A DNA stretch of 64,000 bases from Tubiluchus corallicola (taxonomy: Eukaryota; Animalia; Priapulida): NCBI GenBank assembly GCA_030141605.1, contig JAQGDQ010001034.1, forward strand, positions 1 to 64,000, read 5' to 3'. Position numbers and translations under genes: made by a program. Below the pieces are notes generated by a model. It was not told where the DNA came from, made no database searches, and saw only the letters and a list, made by a program, of their open reading frames with translations. The first letter of the stretch is position 1; each line of letters starts with the position of its first letter. Below, piece by piece: positions 49,264 to 62,670 of this stretch.

Positions 49264-49734
49264 TTAAACAAAAATTTCGTGTCCCGAAAAAAGAATCAAA
49301 CATGTCGATGCCACCACAAGGCATATAAACAAAATGAAACACATCCTGTCCATCACCATGGCAATGAATTGCCACTCCACCGCTACATATTTGTCCTCCT
49401 CTTTAGCTCGAATTCTTGTCGTGATGTACTTGATCTCCCGAATGATCAAATTCAACTCGTTGCTAATTCCCGAAGCCTGTACGGAAAAACCCGAACTGTT
49501 TCCGACGTCCGTGATTCGGACCGTCCCGTTTTCTCGGACGTCTAGATGGGCCGTGCTTGGTCGCTTGGTTTGTCCTGTTAGTAGACATTTTGAGGCTTCG
49601 TTGACTGTGTTACCTGCTGATGGTTTGAACATTTTATTCAAGTGAGGGAAATTAAAATGTTTGAACTCTGTGTGGCGCTTCGGTCGCTTCATTAGCAAAA
49701 TTTTTGGCAAAAAGTCGATGAACAGCTTGCGCAT
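49264..49734 (-). CDS. CHRNA7: nAChR terminal exon (M3-M4 loop, TM4, stop)
   Basis: ttacag| acceptor at 49736-49735, phase 0, [18 protein letters not shown]...SGHEIFV*. Confidence 0.93.
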   Translation of the reverse strand: MRKLFIDFLPKILLMKRPKRHTEFKHFNFPHLNKMFKPSAGNTVNEASKCLLTGQTKRPSTAHLDVRENGTVRITDVGNSSGFSVQASGISNELNLIIREIKYITTRIRAKEEDKYVAVEWQFIAMVMDRMCFILFICLVVASTCLILFSGHEIFV

Positions 49735-52700
49735 CTGTAACAGAAAACAAAAAATTAAAAACTAAATGAACAATTCATAAATGAACGAAAAAACCGAGAA
49801 GAAAAATTACAGTTGAATCTGAATTTGAACTAGGATCCCTTTTATTGCAAGACCGTTGTCTTGACAACTGTACTATTCAGTCCTATATTATTGTGCAATG
49901 TTATCCAAACTTGCCGCAAATGACTTACCGTTAAAATAGCTGCGTTTAGCTGTCATCGTGTGAGTTTAAATTTACAAGTTTTATACAGCGTTACTGCTAT
50001 CGTAAGTCCTGTATGCAATGAAGCAGCACGTAAGTGATACAAAATTTCAAGACGAATTTTTCAAGCTTTGTTTCACGAGGGGTGTTTCCTTGTGCCTTAA
50101 TTAAAGCACCAGAAAACCCTCCACTTACATAAAACTTAAGAAATTCGTCTCGAAATTTTATACCACTTACATACCACCTTTTCATATGCATGGCTTGCGT
50201 CCGAAGTAACGCTGTATAAGACTTGTAAATTTAAACTCCCGCGATGACCGTTAGGCGCAGCCATTTTAATGGTAGGTCGTTTGATACAAGTTTAGATAAC
50301 ATTAAGTAAAGTTTGAAAAAATAATCAGAGCATTCGTAGCATACATGTTGCTAATTAAGTAAAATTTTAAATTACTATATCTTGTCAATAAGATTAAAAA
50401 TACGTTTTTGGCTAATGAGTGGCGCACCCTGGAGGGTGAGTCAGCGACATTTTACCAATTGGCACAAACATTTTAAATTATTATTTCTAGTTACATAAGT
50501 CTTTCCAGCAGGTAAGTGAAATGCTAAGTAATATAAATTTTCATGGAAAGTTTTTTGGGTCATAATTTAACATTTCCTTTTCTTCCTCTGATTTACGTGG
50601 CGTAGTGACGTCATGTAATGGCGCCGTCGGAACAGTATTGCGGGAGATTTAAAATGAAAACAAACAAAAATTCCTCTCAACGCGAATACGATATGTGCAT
50701 AAAATTGCTGTAAAGTAGTGTAATTTTTTAAGGCGATTTTTCTGACACAAACTTCAGGTACCTCTTTTCTTGCCCTTCATTATGACTGTTAGACTTTCTT
50801 TACACACTTAGACTGCCATTAGAAGAAATTCAGTTGGAGCAAACATTACTCACTTTAACAGTTTTTATTACCGGTCAATTATAAGCTCAGGAAATGTCAA
50901 AGTTGTTCCACAACTCGCTGGCCTAGACCACAGAACGCTTCCCTTGATATAAAAAGCAACAGAAAATGTCAACAAAGTTATGCTATCCTAGCCCTGTCGT
51001 AGCCCACAAGTATGGCGCCAAGTTTGTTGACAAAATATTAGGCGACATGCGTATGCTTTTATCACTTTAAGAACCTCACTCATTGAAGATCAGACGTCGG
51101 TTACTTCATTAATGTGCATTCTGACAATTCGCGAGACATTCCCCCTAGATCGCGATCAGCGCAGCTGACTGTGAGACTTAAACCGACTTTATTACAGAAA
51201 CGCATAACTCATGTCCCTGGCGCACGTAATTGCAAGAATCATGGTGAAGATGACGTTATGAGATCTCAAAATTTTCTCTGTACATTACCCGTGTGGTTCA
51301 AGGTAAATGACGCATGTAACCGATAACATCTTCCCTGGCTAATACTTCTTTATACAAAATTTAGCTAGGAATACTTAGATTTCAGATTTCTTCCTTTTGC
51401 GACTCTGTTTAATATCAGAGTGTCTTAATTAAAGGAAAACCGGATGATTGTTTAGACTCAATCTCATTTTATTTTACTGTCCAAAATATACATTTTCTTG
51501 CCTGTAAAAGTTAACAATTGCTCGTATATTTTAATAATTAGCTTAGAAAGTTAATTAACGGCAGCCGAACACAGCTATTGCCTACATCAGAAACTAACCA
51601 CAGTTTGGGCAATGGCAGGCGTCTTCCCTTGCGCGTCAAGTACATTTGTGTAAGTGTTACTGCTTAAACGCATGATGTCACGAAAATAGGCTCTACATCA
51701 TATGACGTCAGAAACTAACACTGCAGTTCATGATCATGATTATCACGGTACCGCCTTCTATTTGTCGGCCAGGCGAATGTGACAAAAAGGTAGCAATCTT
51801 AGTAGATTCACTGAGCCGCGTGTAGCTTTGAAAGTTTAACAAAATTTGACTATCCGAGGTAATTATTATTTAATCTAAGCGTTGATTTAAAAAAAAGCTA
51901 TTGTAATTTTTGGTATTTAAGCATAGTTCATTCTGAACTGATGTTTAGGCAAATTCCGGTTTTCTTTTAATTCTTTAAATTTGAAAATAAAACTTCAGTG
52001 ACTGTTTAAGCGTGATGTATGTTTGATTCTCTGACTACATTGCAGCCATGTTTTGATTTACGTTTTTAAATATGCAGGGAAGAGAGAATGTTTTGCCCGG
52101 CGACTCACAGAGCGCATTAGTCTTCATTAACGCCGTCGTGGAAGCAATGAATAAATTGTGTGGATAATATGCAACGCATGCGCACACTGAAACCTACAAA
52201 TACAGTATCATCACAATCAGGGATTAAAAATGGAATAAACTAAACATTTGAGTCGACGATGTAAAATGCTAATTGATTTGATCTGATGTAATAAGTTACT
52301 GTAATTTCTTTTACGAAATCGATCTACGTAGGAAACTTTAGAAAGAAGTAGAGCATCCGAGTTCTGCATTGAATGTTAAGCTACGCTGGAACTGTAAAAC
52401 GAATGGATGGGTGACCGCCAGTTTCAATACATACACACTATGTGGCTTCTTTTTGTTATGCTGTGAGTTCGTATTTCTTCGTTAAGTACGACGTATACAT
52501 ACATTCCTACGCGGCTGATGCATCTCTGTCAATTCAATGTCTCATCTCGGAGATTATCATTGACAATGAGCTAAGTTCCGGTTCTGCAATATACTGCGAA
52601 AACGACATATTCGCTTTGAAAGCTGGAACTCAGAGCTTGCAGAATGAAAAACCGTATGAAACAGTATTTTCAGTTGAGCCATCCTTCCCAAAAGCAACAA

Positions 52701-55700
52701 CAGCATGCTTGAATATTATCAGCGACACTAATTTGACGAAGAGACATGTCCTGCCATGAACGCCTACTGGCCCTGATTTGACGAAGAGACATGTCCTGCC
52801 ATGATCGCCTACTGGCCCTGATTTGACAAAGAGACATGACCTGCCATGAACGCCTACTGGCCCTGATTTGACACAGAGTCATGACCTCCCATGAATGTCC
52901 ACTGATACCTGATTTGACACAGAGTTATGACCTGCCATGAATGCCTACTGACCCTGATTTGACGAAGAGACATGACCTGCCATGAACGCCTACTGGCCCT
53001 GATTTGACGAAGAGACATGTCCTGCCATGAACGCCTACTGACCCTGATTTGACGAAGAGACATGACCTGCCATGAATGCCTACTGGCCCTGATTTGACAC
53101 AGAGTCATGACCTCCCATGAATGTCCACTGATACCTGATTTGACACAGAGTTATGACCTGCCATGAATGCCTACTGACCCTGATTTGACACAGAGACATG
53201 ACCTGCCATGAATGCCCACTGACCCTGATTTGACACAGAGACATGACCTCCCATGAATGCCTACTGACCCTGATTTGACACAGAGACATGACCTCCCATG
53301 AATGCCTACTGACCCTGATTTGACACAGAGACATGACCTGCCATGAACGCCTACTGGCCCTGATTTGACACAGAGACATGACCTGCCATAAATGCCCACT
53401 GACCCTGATTTGACACAGAGACATGACCTCCCATGAATGCCTACTGACCCTGATTAGACACAGAGACATGACCTGCCATGAATGCCCACTGATAACTGAT
53501 TTGACACAGAGTTATGACCTGCCATGAATACCCGCTGATACCTGATTTCACTCAGAGACATGACCTGATATGAACGCCTACTGATACCTGATTTCACTCA
53601 GAGACATGACCTGATATGAACGCCTACTGATACCTGATTTCACTCAGAGACATGACCTGCCATGAATGCTCACTGACTCTGATTTGATACAGAGGCATGG
53701 CCTACCATGAATGCCCATTGACCCTGATTTGACACAGAGTTATGACCTGCCATGAATGCCTACTGACCCTGATTTGACACAGAGTTATGACCTGCCATGA
53801 ATGCCTACTGACCCTGATTTTACACAGAGTTATGACCTGCCATGAACGCCTACTGATACCTGATTTCACTCAGAGACATGACCTGCCATGAATGCTCACT
53901 GACCCTGATTTGACACAGAGAAATGACCTGCCATGAATGCCCAATGACCCTGATTTGACACAGAGTTATGACCTGCCATGAATACCCGCTGTGTAACTTT
54001 GGTGTTCAGGAAGTTAAACGACCAATGACGATTCTTACACGTGTTTACTGCAAAGACTTGTGTTCAAACAGCTGCTGCGTCCATGAACGTCTCTAGTAAT
54101 TGACTTACCCAACTGAATTATCTAGGTGCAAAAGAATAGGTTGTCAAACAGCCATGGTGCAAAGGAATAAGTTGTCAAATAGCCATGGTGCAAAATCATA
54201 AGTTGTCAAATAGATATGGTGCAAAATCATAAGTTGTCAAATAGCCATGGTGCAAAAGAATACTTTGCAATGACTTATCCAAACAGCTATGATGAAAAAG
54301 CATACCTTGTAATGACTTACCTAAACAGCCATGGTGAAAAAGAATACTTTGCAATGACTTACCTAAACAGCCATGGTGAAAAAGAATACTTTACAATGAC
54401 TTACCTAAACAGCCATGGTGAAAAAGAATACTTTGCAATGACTTACCTAAACAGCCATGGTGAAAAAGAATACTTTGCAATGACTTATCCAAACAGCCAT
54501 GATGAAAAAGAATACTTTGTAATGACTTACCTAAACAGCCATGGTGAAAAAGAATACTTTGTAATGACTTACCTAAACAGCCATGGTGAAAAAGAATACC
54601 TTGTAATGACTTACCTAAATAGCCATGGTGAAAAAGAATACTTTGTAATGACTTACCTAAACTGCCATGGTGAAAAAGAATACGTTGCAATGACTTATCC
54701 AAACAGCTATGATGAAAAAGAATACTTTGTAATGACTTACCTAAACAGAAATGGTGAAAAAGAATACTTTGCAATGACTTACCCAAACAGCCATGATGAA
54801 AAAGAATACTTTGCAATGACATACCCAAGCAGCCATGGTGAAAAAGAATACTTTTCAATGACTTACCCAAACAGCCATGATGAAAAAGAATACTTTGTAA
54901 TGACTTACCCAAAAGCCATGGTGAAAAAGAACACTTTGCAGTGACTTACCCAAACAGCCATGATGAAAAAGAATACTTTGTAATGACTTACCCAAACAGC
55001 CATGGTGAAAAAGAACACATTGCAATGACTTACCCAAACAGCCACGATGAAAAAGAATACTTTGCAATGACTTATCCAAACAGCTATGATGAAAAAGAAT
55101 ACTTTGTAATGACTTACCTAAACAGCCATGATGAAAAAGAATACTTTTCAATGACTTACCCAAACAGCCATGATGAAAAAGAATACTTTTCAATGACTTA
55201 CCCGAACAGCCATGGTGAAAAAGAATACTTTGTTATGACTTACCCAAACAGCCATGGTGTGGGTGTCTGCTGTCCTGTGGTGATAGTTGAGAACGATCAC
55301 AGTAAACATGACAGAAAGTGATACGATCACCATTATGCACGTCAAGTAAATTCCTGAAAAAACAAAATGTCGCCGAAGTTCCGTAATTTGGTTCACACGA
55401 AAAAATTTCACAACACGGAATGGTAGGAAATAGTTGGATTGCTGAGACTAAATGTTTGAGATACCGGAAGGTAACTAAATATTTATGCATTATTAACTAA
55501 TAACCAAAGTTAGGAATATTGATAGTTTGTTTGCGACCTAAAAAGATGATCAGAAGATAATTATATTAAGTTGTTCATAGTGTAAAGTAGTTAACGAAGG
55601 AACTTAGTATATTTAGTCGTGTAAAGCAAAACGTTTCTGGACAATATCGTATTGAAAACAAAGGCGTTAAAGGAATACCGGATGATTGTTTAGATTCAAT

Positions 55701-58598
55701 CTGGTTTTATTTTACCGTCCAAAGTATACATTTTCTTGCCTATAAAAGTTAATTATTGTTCCTTATATTTGAATAATTAGCTTAGAAAGTTAATTAACGG
55801 CAACCGAACACAGCTGTTACTTACGTCAGAAACTAACCACAGTTTGTGCAATGGCAGGCGTCTTCCCTTGCGCGTCAAGCACGTTTGCATAAGTGTTACA
55901 GTACTATTTAAACGCATGATGTCACGAAAAATGGGCTTTACATCATATGACATCAGAAACTAACACTGGTTATCACGGTACTGCCTTCTATTTGTCGGCC
56001 ACGCGCACGTGACAAAAAGGCACCGTTGCCAATCTTAGTAGATTCAGTGAGCCGCTCGTAGCTTTGACAGTTTGACTATTGTACAAAAAAATTTGACTAT
56101 CCGAGGTAACTATTATTTAATCTAAGCTTTGATTTAAAAAAAGTTATTGTAGTTTTCAATATTTTAGAGCATTCTTTATTCTGAACTAATGTCTGCACAA
56201 TCATCCTGTTTTCCTTTAGGGATCAGTACTGGCAGCACTTTTATGCCAAAATTGGTCTTCTGTCTTTAAATGTATTCTGTTACTACTGATTCCTAAATAT
56301 TTTCAGCACTAACTAATGACCACTGAGTCTTAAACTCTTGTTGGCAAATGGAGTTTCTCTAGGCCTCTAAATGGACGCAGGCATGGATAAAGAACCTGCA
56401 TAATCAACTGATTTCTGTTGCATGAAGAGATGAAGTTGGCGTACGCCAGCCTTTAGACCAACTTTTGAAACAATTCTTCTAGTTGGTGTATGCCAGCCTT
56501 TAGACCAACTTTTGAACAATTCTTGTGGTTCGTGTATGAGAGTCTTTAGACCAACTTGTGAGTAATTCTTGTGCTTGGTGTACGCCAGCCTTTAGACCAA
56601 CTTGCGAGTAATTCTTGTGCTTGATGTACGAGAGCCTTTAGACTAACTTGTGAGTAATTCTTGTGGTTGGTGTATGCCAACCTTTAGACCAACCTTTGAA
56701 CAATTCTTGTGGTTGGTGTGCGAGAGCCTTTAGACCAACTTGTGAACAATTCTTGTGGTTGGTGTACGCCAGCCTTTAGTCCAACTTTTGAACAATTCTT
56801 GTGGTTGGTGTACGCCAGCCTTTAGTCCAACTTTTGAACAATTCTTGTGGTTGGTGTGCGAGAGCCTTTAGACCAACTTGTGAGTAATTCTTGTGCTTGG
56901 TGTACGAGAGCCTTTAGACCAACTTATGAGTAATTCTTGTGCTTGGTGTACGCCAGCGTTTAGACCAACTTTTGAACAATTCCTGTGGTTGGTGTACGAG
57001 AGCCTTTAGACCAACTTACGAGTAATTCTTGTGGTTGGTATACGCCAGCTTTTAGACCAACTTATGAGCAATTCTTGTGGTTGGTGTACGAGAGCCTTTA
57101 GACCAACTTATGAGCAATTCTTGAGGTTGGTGTACGAGAGCCTTTAGACCTACTTATGAGTGATTCTTGTGGTTGGTGTATGCCAGCCTTTAGACCAACT
57201 TATGAACAAATTCTTGTGGTTGGTGTACGAGAGCCTTTAGTCCAACTTGTGAGCAATTCTTGAGGTTGGTGTACGAGAGCCTTTAGACCAACTTATGAGT
57301 AATTCTTGTGGTTGGTATACGCCAGCCTTTAGACCAACTTATGAGCAATTCTTGTGGTTGGTGTACGAGAGCCTTTAGACCAACTTATGAGTAATTCTTG
57401 TGGTTGGTATACGCCAGCCTTTAGACCAACTTACGAGCAATTCTTGTGGTTGGTGTACGAGAGCCTTTAGTCCAACTTGTGAGCAATTCTTGAGGTTGGT
57501 GTACGAGAGCCTTTAGACCAACTTTTGAACAATTCTTGTGGTTGGTGTATGCCAGCCTTTAGACCAACTTGTGAACTATTCTTGTGGTTGGTGTACGCCA
57601 GCCTTTAGTCCAACTTTTGAACAATTCTTGTGGTTGGTGTACGAGAGCCTTTAGACCAACTTGTGAGCAATTCTTGAGGTTGGTGTACGCCAGCCTTTAG
57701 TCCAGCGTTTGAGCAATTCAGAAAAGCAATCAACATTCATTAGCATTTACAACGTTTCGCCATCCCCCAATTTTTAAAATATCAATATGACAAGATTAGG
57801 AAACCAATGTGGCTCCACCTACCTATAAGCGGTACAGCATCTGATGTTGGCGGCATGGTTTCCGCTACCAATAGCAAGAATACTGTCAGAGACAGCAAAA
57901 TCGTAACACCTGTGACAAAAGATTGAAGTTAATCGTAAAATTTAAACACTCAGACGGTCTTATAAATTATGAAAGAACTGAAAATGCGTGCAGAAGAAAA
58001 TTAAACCAGAGAAATCACTACACAAAAGCATGCAAACATTAGTAATTATCATGCTTTATTGAGTTTGAGGGATTAACTGGATCCTCCTCAGTCTGGGATC
58101 CTCCTAACAGCTAAGCACTGCTACCATATTTCGTTGGGTTTCTGTGCTTGAATGGACCATAGACAGTGCATCCCAGCAGGTACTTGCAGAGCGCGGAAAT
58201 TCAGTTAAGCCCAGAAACCAATAAAGCATGGCAATAGTTGATAACCTCTTGTCCTTACGCAGTGATTTCATTAAAAATTTATTACAGTATTACATTCATC
58301 AGTGTGCTAAACATCAGAAGATCGAGTGTAATATTATATAGTACTGAATGTTAAATAATATTTGTACCATCCTGCAAAATGTGACATCACAACTATGTCT
58401 TACCAAGTGTTAGTTTTTCCCCAGATTGTGGTGGTAGAGTGAATCCCAGTAGAGTCATAGAACTAATCAGAACGCACGGAATGACTACGTTGAATAGATA
58501 ATACATGGTTCTGCGTCGAATGTGTACAATAAACGTTGCATCGTAGTATGGTTCTGGACAACAGGCGTACTTTCTTATGTTTCGAACAGCTGGTACAC
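49264..58598 (-). CDS. CHRNA7: Nicotinic acetylcholine receptor alpha subunit, alpha7-like; last four exons complement(join(49264-49734,55244-55353,57823-57909,58404-58598)); 5' exons outside the window
   Basis: Loop C YACCPEPY (vicinal cysteines define an alpha subunit), [10 protein letters not shown]1 [11 protein letters not shown] cation-selective ring, TM2 [13 protein letters not shown]3 ...[12 protein letters not shown]4 [11 protein letters not shown]. Exon sizes 195/87/110 nt match the sizes I recall for vertebrate CHRNA7 exons 7/8/9. Exact orthology not established. Confidence 0.9.
49905..50096 (+). mobile_element. MITE family B, 3' fragment
   Basis: gagtttaaatttacaag...aaatttcaagacgaatttt...ccttgtgcc|ttaa. 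Confidence 0.75.
50105..50776 (-). mobile_element. MITE family B, inverted full copy
   Basis: ttaa|agcaccagaaaaccctcc ... cttttcttgccct; reverse complement of 35112-35798. Confidence 0.85.
51433..51966 (+). mobile_element. MITE family A, copy 4
   Basis: ttaa|aggaaaaccggatgattgt ... ccggttttctt|ttaa. Confidence 0.88.
52730..53990. repeat. 45-bp minisatellite (ccctgatttgacacagagacatgacctgccatgaatgcctactga), ~28 copies
   Basis: Period 45 (53161, 53206 and onward). Confidence 0.95.
54100..55258 (-). repeat. 42-bp minisatellite derived from the nAChR exon end plus 5' splice site (24 units), with a distal ~30-bp derivative block (54125-54260)
   Basis: Sense unit gtaagtcattgcaaagtattctttttcaccatggctgtttrg; the last unit overlaps the real exon/intron junction at 55244/55243. 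Confidence 0.95.
55244..55353 (-). CDS. CHRNA7: nAChR TM3 exon ([37 protein letters not shown])
   Basis: ttttcag| acceptor, |gtaagt donor, 110 nt. Confidence 0.95.
55671..56215 (+). mobile_element. MITE family A, copy 5
   Basis: ttaa|aggaataccggatgattgt ... acaatcatcctgttttcct|ttag. Confidence 0.88.
56435..57718. repeat. 46-bp minisatellite (ttggtgtacgagagcctttagaccaacttgtgagcaattcttgtgg), ~28 copies
   Basis: Period 46 (56761, 56807 and onward). Confidence 0.95.
57823..57909 (-). CDS. CHRNA7: nAChR TM2 exon ([30 protein letters not shown])
   Basis: tgtcacag| acceptor, |gtaggt donor, 87 nt. Confidence 0.95.
58404..58598 (-). CDS. CHRNA7: nAChR loop C/TM1 exon ([23 protein letters not shown]...[11 protein letters not shown])
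   Basis: tatttag| acceptor, |gtaaga donor, 195 nt. Confidence 0.95.
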
Positions 58599-58629
58599 CT
58601 AAATACAGGCATTACCATTTGTTTTACTG

Positions 58630-58829
58630 TGATACAACTACTACAGTGACAACAATGATGAGAATGACAAGGGCAACCATGGTGACTGCAGTGACAAAAA
58701 TGGTAGCACACAACAACCGTCACTGGCGTTGTCAACAACAACGACAACAACTACAATGACAACAACCGCCATCGGCACTGTCAGCAGCAACGATAACAAG
58801 AACAAGAACAACAACAACGACAGCGACAG

Positions 58830-58918
<89 letters not shown>

Positions 58919-59250
58919 GCAGCAGCAACAGCAACAACACCAACAGCAGCAGCAGCAGCAACAGCAACAGCAGCAACAACAACAAGAACAGCAGCAACAT
59001 TGACAACGCTAATGACAGGGATAGCAGCAAGAACAAAACAGGAGCGACACAACAACGACGACAGCGACAACAACAACAACAACAATGACACCACAACAAC
59101 AACAACAACAACAACAACAGAAACAAGCCAACAGCAACAGCAGCAGCAACAACAACAACAGCAGCAGCAACATTGACAACGATAATGACAGGGATAACAG
59201 CAAGAACAGAAGAGGAGCGACACAACGACGACGACAGCGACAACAACAGC
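58630..59250. repeat. (CAA/CAG/GAC)n trinucleotide mosaic with an internal duplication
   Basis: cagcagcaacattgacaacg...ggagcgacacaac occurs twice. Confidence 0.9.
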
Positions 59251-59848
59251 TTGACAGAAGCCCATTCAGAAAATGAAGTGAGAAAAAAGATTATTTTACG
59301 ATGCAATAAGCAAAAAAAAAACAGGTCAAAAAATGAGTCAAATTTTCACTTTACGATATGGCTGTGATCTTCTACAATTTCATAAGTGAGCTTCGATACA
59401 ACCATGCAATGAGTAAAAAAGAAAATTTATTAATTTATTAATAATAATATATTAATTTATTTAATCTTATGTAGCTAACGTAAAGCATTGCTAAAGAAAT
59501 TACTTAGCGATTCGCTTTATGATATAGAAGTGTGATAAGTCTTAAATGAGCTTTGTTAGAACCATAAAAATAATTTTATTTAACTATAAATGACTAAAGA
59601 CAATATCTGTCAGCTTTATGCAGACTTTAGTCTGGGTAGGTTGATCGAGTTTTAGGTCAGGATATAGTGAAACCATTAAACGAATTACATTGCCTAAGAT
59701 TGCTCTGGTGGCAGTCCCAAAGGCATAAATACTGCTTAGTTTGACTAATATAGCAGCTATATCATTCACATCTTCAAAAACCTTTAGCTGCCTTAATTCC
59801 GTTTTTGTTAAACCGCTAGAAACGCGCACGCTGCCAGGAATGGGTTAC

Positions 59849-60514
59849 AGGACAAGAAAAGGGGCACCTGAAGTAGATTTCAGAAAAATCGCATTAAAAA
59901 TTTATCTTACCTTATAGCAATTTTGCGTGTATATATTACTCGCGTTGAAAGGATTTTTTGTTTGTTTTCATTTTAAAATTCCCGCAATACTGTCCCGACG
60001 GCGCTATTACGTAACGTCACTATGCCACGTAAATCAGGGGAAGAAAAGGAAATGTTAAACTATGTCCCATGTCCCACAAAACTTTCCACGAAAAGTTATA
60101 TTACTTAGCATTTCGCTTACCTGCTTGAAAGACTTACGTAACTAGAAACGAAAATTGTTAATTATTTAAAATGTTTTCACTAACTGGTAAAATGTCGTTG
60201 ACTCACCCTCCAGGGTGCCTCACTCACTAACCAAAACAACGTATTTTTAATCTTATTAAAATAATTTAAAATTTAAAATAATTTAAAATTTTACTTAGTT
60301 AATGAGGTGTGCACTACGAATACTCTGATTATTTTTTCCAACTTTACGCAATGTTAACTAAACTTGTTTAAAATGACTTATCGTCAAAATGGCTGCGTCT
60401 AACGGTCATCGCGGGAGTTTAAATTTACATGTTCTACACAGCGTTACTGCCTACGCAAGCCCTGTTTCAAGACGAATTTTTTAAGCTTTAAGCTTAAGCG
60501 GCGGGTTTCTTGTG
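59849..60514 (+). mobile_element. MITE family B, copy
   Basis: aggacaagaaaaggggcacctgaagtag ... gggtttcttgtg. Confidence 0.8.
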
Positions 60515-60552
60515 TACCAGTTGTAAAACTTTCTGTTCAAGCCGGGTGGATA

Positions 60553-61086
60553 CAGGGGCGGATGCAGGTTTTAGAACAACGGTGGGGGCGGATACAGGTT
60601 TTAGAACAACGGTGGGGGCGGATACAGGTTTTAGAACAACGGTGGGGGCGGATACAGGTTTTAGAACAACGGTGGGGGCAGATACAGGTTTTAGAACAAC
60701 GGCGGGCCCAACAGAAAAGCAGTTAGGGGGATATGGGGGAGAGGTATAAACTCCCCTGCGAGGTCCACCCAGACAACAATACAATTTACTGCATTTTGGA
60801 CCACTTTTCTGCCTTTTAGAAACCATTTCCTATAGGAAGCTCACAGGTGCAGAACAGGTGTCACCTCACCCTTGACTCAAAGTTACATACCAATATATTG
60901 ATACGCACTGTACATAACTCTCATCTGTTTTCTTTTGATCTATTATCTTTACAGGTATAAGGCACCTTTAAGATTTAGCAAATCGTCCTAATGCTTATAA
61001 TTCAGAGAACTATAAGGCGCATTGCAACTGTTACTGTAAAAGGGTGGGCCCAAAACCTTTGAACCCACCCACTAAATCCGCCACTG
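60553..61086. mobile_element. hAT-like MITE whose left end is amplified as a 30-bp tandem repeat (~5 copies, 60557-60705)
   Basis: caggggcggat ... aatccgccactg; related to 13988-14443. Confidence 0.7.
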
Positions 61087-61285
61087 GTATTGTTCATACT
61101 GTAATGCTTCTACAGTTCGAAAATACTGTCTGTACTCTTCTAACTGTTACGTTTTACTGGAAAGAACGTTCATCACTTGCAAAACTGTCTTTCTCTAGCC
61201 ATATTGTAATCTTTGCTAGTACGATAAAACAACGTTTTAACTAAATTTAAACTCTCTTTTTTCTATGACCATCAAGACATGTCCG

Positions 61286-61799
<514 letters not shown>

Positions 61800-62034
61800 C
61801 ACGTCCGTTGCAAACAAGCTGCAGAGGCAGATGCACTTTCTCTTTTTTAATTAAGCTTCTGAAACTCTCCATTTTGTTGAATTTAATCAGCATTTTAAGC
61901 GGTTGATCATTCAGCAACGTGGCTTTCATTACTGAAATTAAATCAGTCAATGTTTGTCCTTTAATGCCGTCTTCTCTGGAGAAATTCATTCATTTGGAGC
62001 AACAATTGTTGTGGTGAATTAGAAATTTAATCAT

Positions 62035-62670
62035 TGATGTTTGATACGATGATTTGTTGCCGTTGTGCTCGTGTTTTGTGTTGAACGGTTACGGTAACGG
62101 TGAAGAAATTATGATATTTGATACAATGATTTGTTGTTGTTGCCTTTGCGCCAGTGTTCTATAGTTCAACGATTACGGTAATGGTGAAGAGAAAATGACG
62201 TTTTTAATACAATGATTTGTTGCCGTTGCGCCAGTGTTCTATAGTTCAACGATTATGGTAACGGTGAAGAGAAAATGATGTAGAGTCGAATGATTTGATG
62301 CCGTTATATTAGTGTTTTATAGTTCAACAAATACGGTAACGGTGAAGAGAAAATGACGGTTTTAATACAATGATTTGTTGCCGTTGCGCCAGTGTTCTAT
62401 AGTTCAACGATTACGGCAACGGTGAAGAGAAAATGATGTAGAGTCGAATGATTTGATGCCGTTATATTAGTGTTTTATAGTTCAACAAATACGGTAACGG
62501 TGAAGAAATAATGATGTTTAATCCTATGATTTGATGCCGTTGTGCCAGTGTTCTACACTTCAACGAATACGGTAACTGCAAAGAGAAAACTGTGTTTAAT
62601 ACTATGATTTATTGAGGGTGGGCCAGCGTTCTATAGTTCAACGATTACGGTAACGGCAAAAAGAAAATGA
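62035..62670. repeat. ~79-bp minisatellite, ~8 copies, with dimeric structure
   Basis: ggtgaaga at 62100, 62183, 62263, 62341, 62421, 62499. Confidence 0.9.

Noticed and set aside
54216-55321. 242-aa and 126-aa plus-strand repeat ORFs ([14 protein letters not shown])n as a repeat protein
   Set aside because: They are the antisense reading of the 42-bp donor array, broken by a 1-bp deletion near 54910, with no supporting gene structure.
55354-58403. Mutually exclusive alternative TM2 exons as in insect nAChR alpha6 exon 8a/b/c
   Set aside because: No second GVTILLS-like 87-nt exon was found by eye in either flanking intron.
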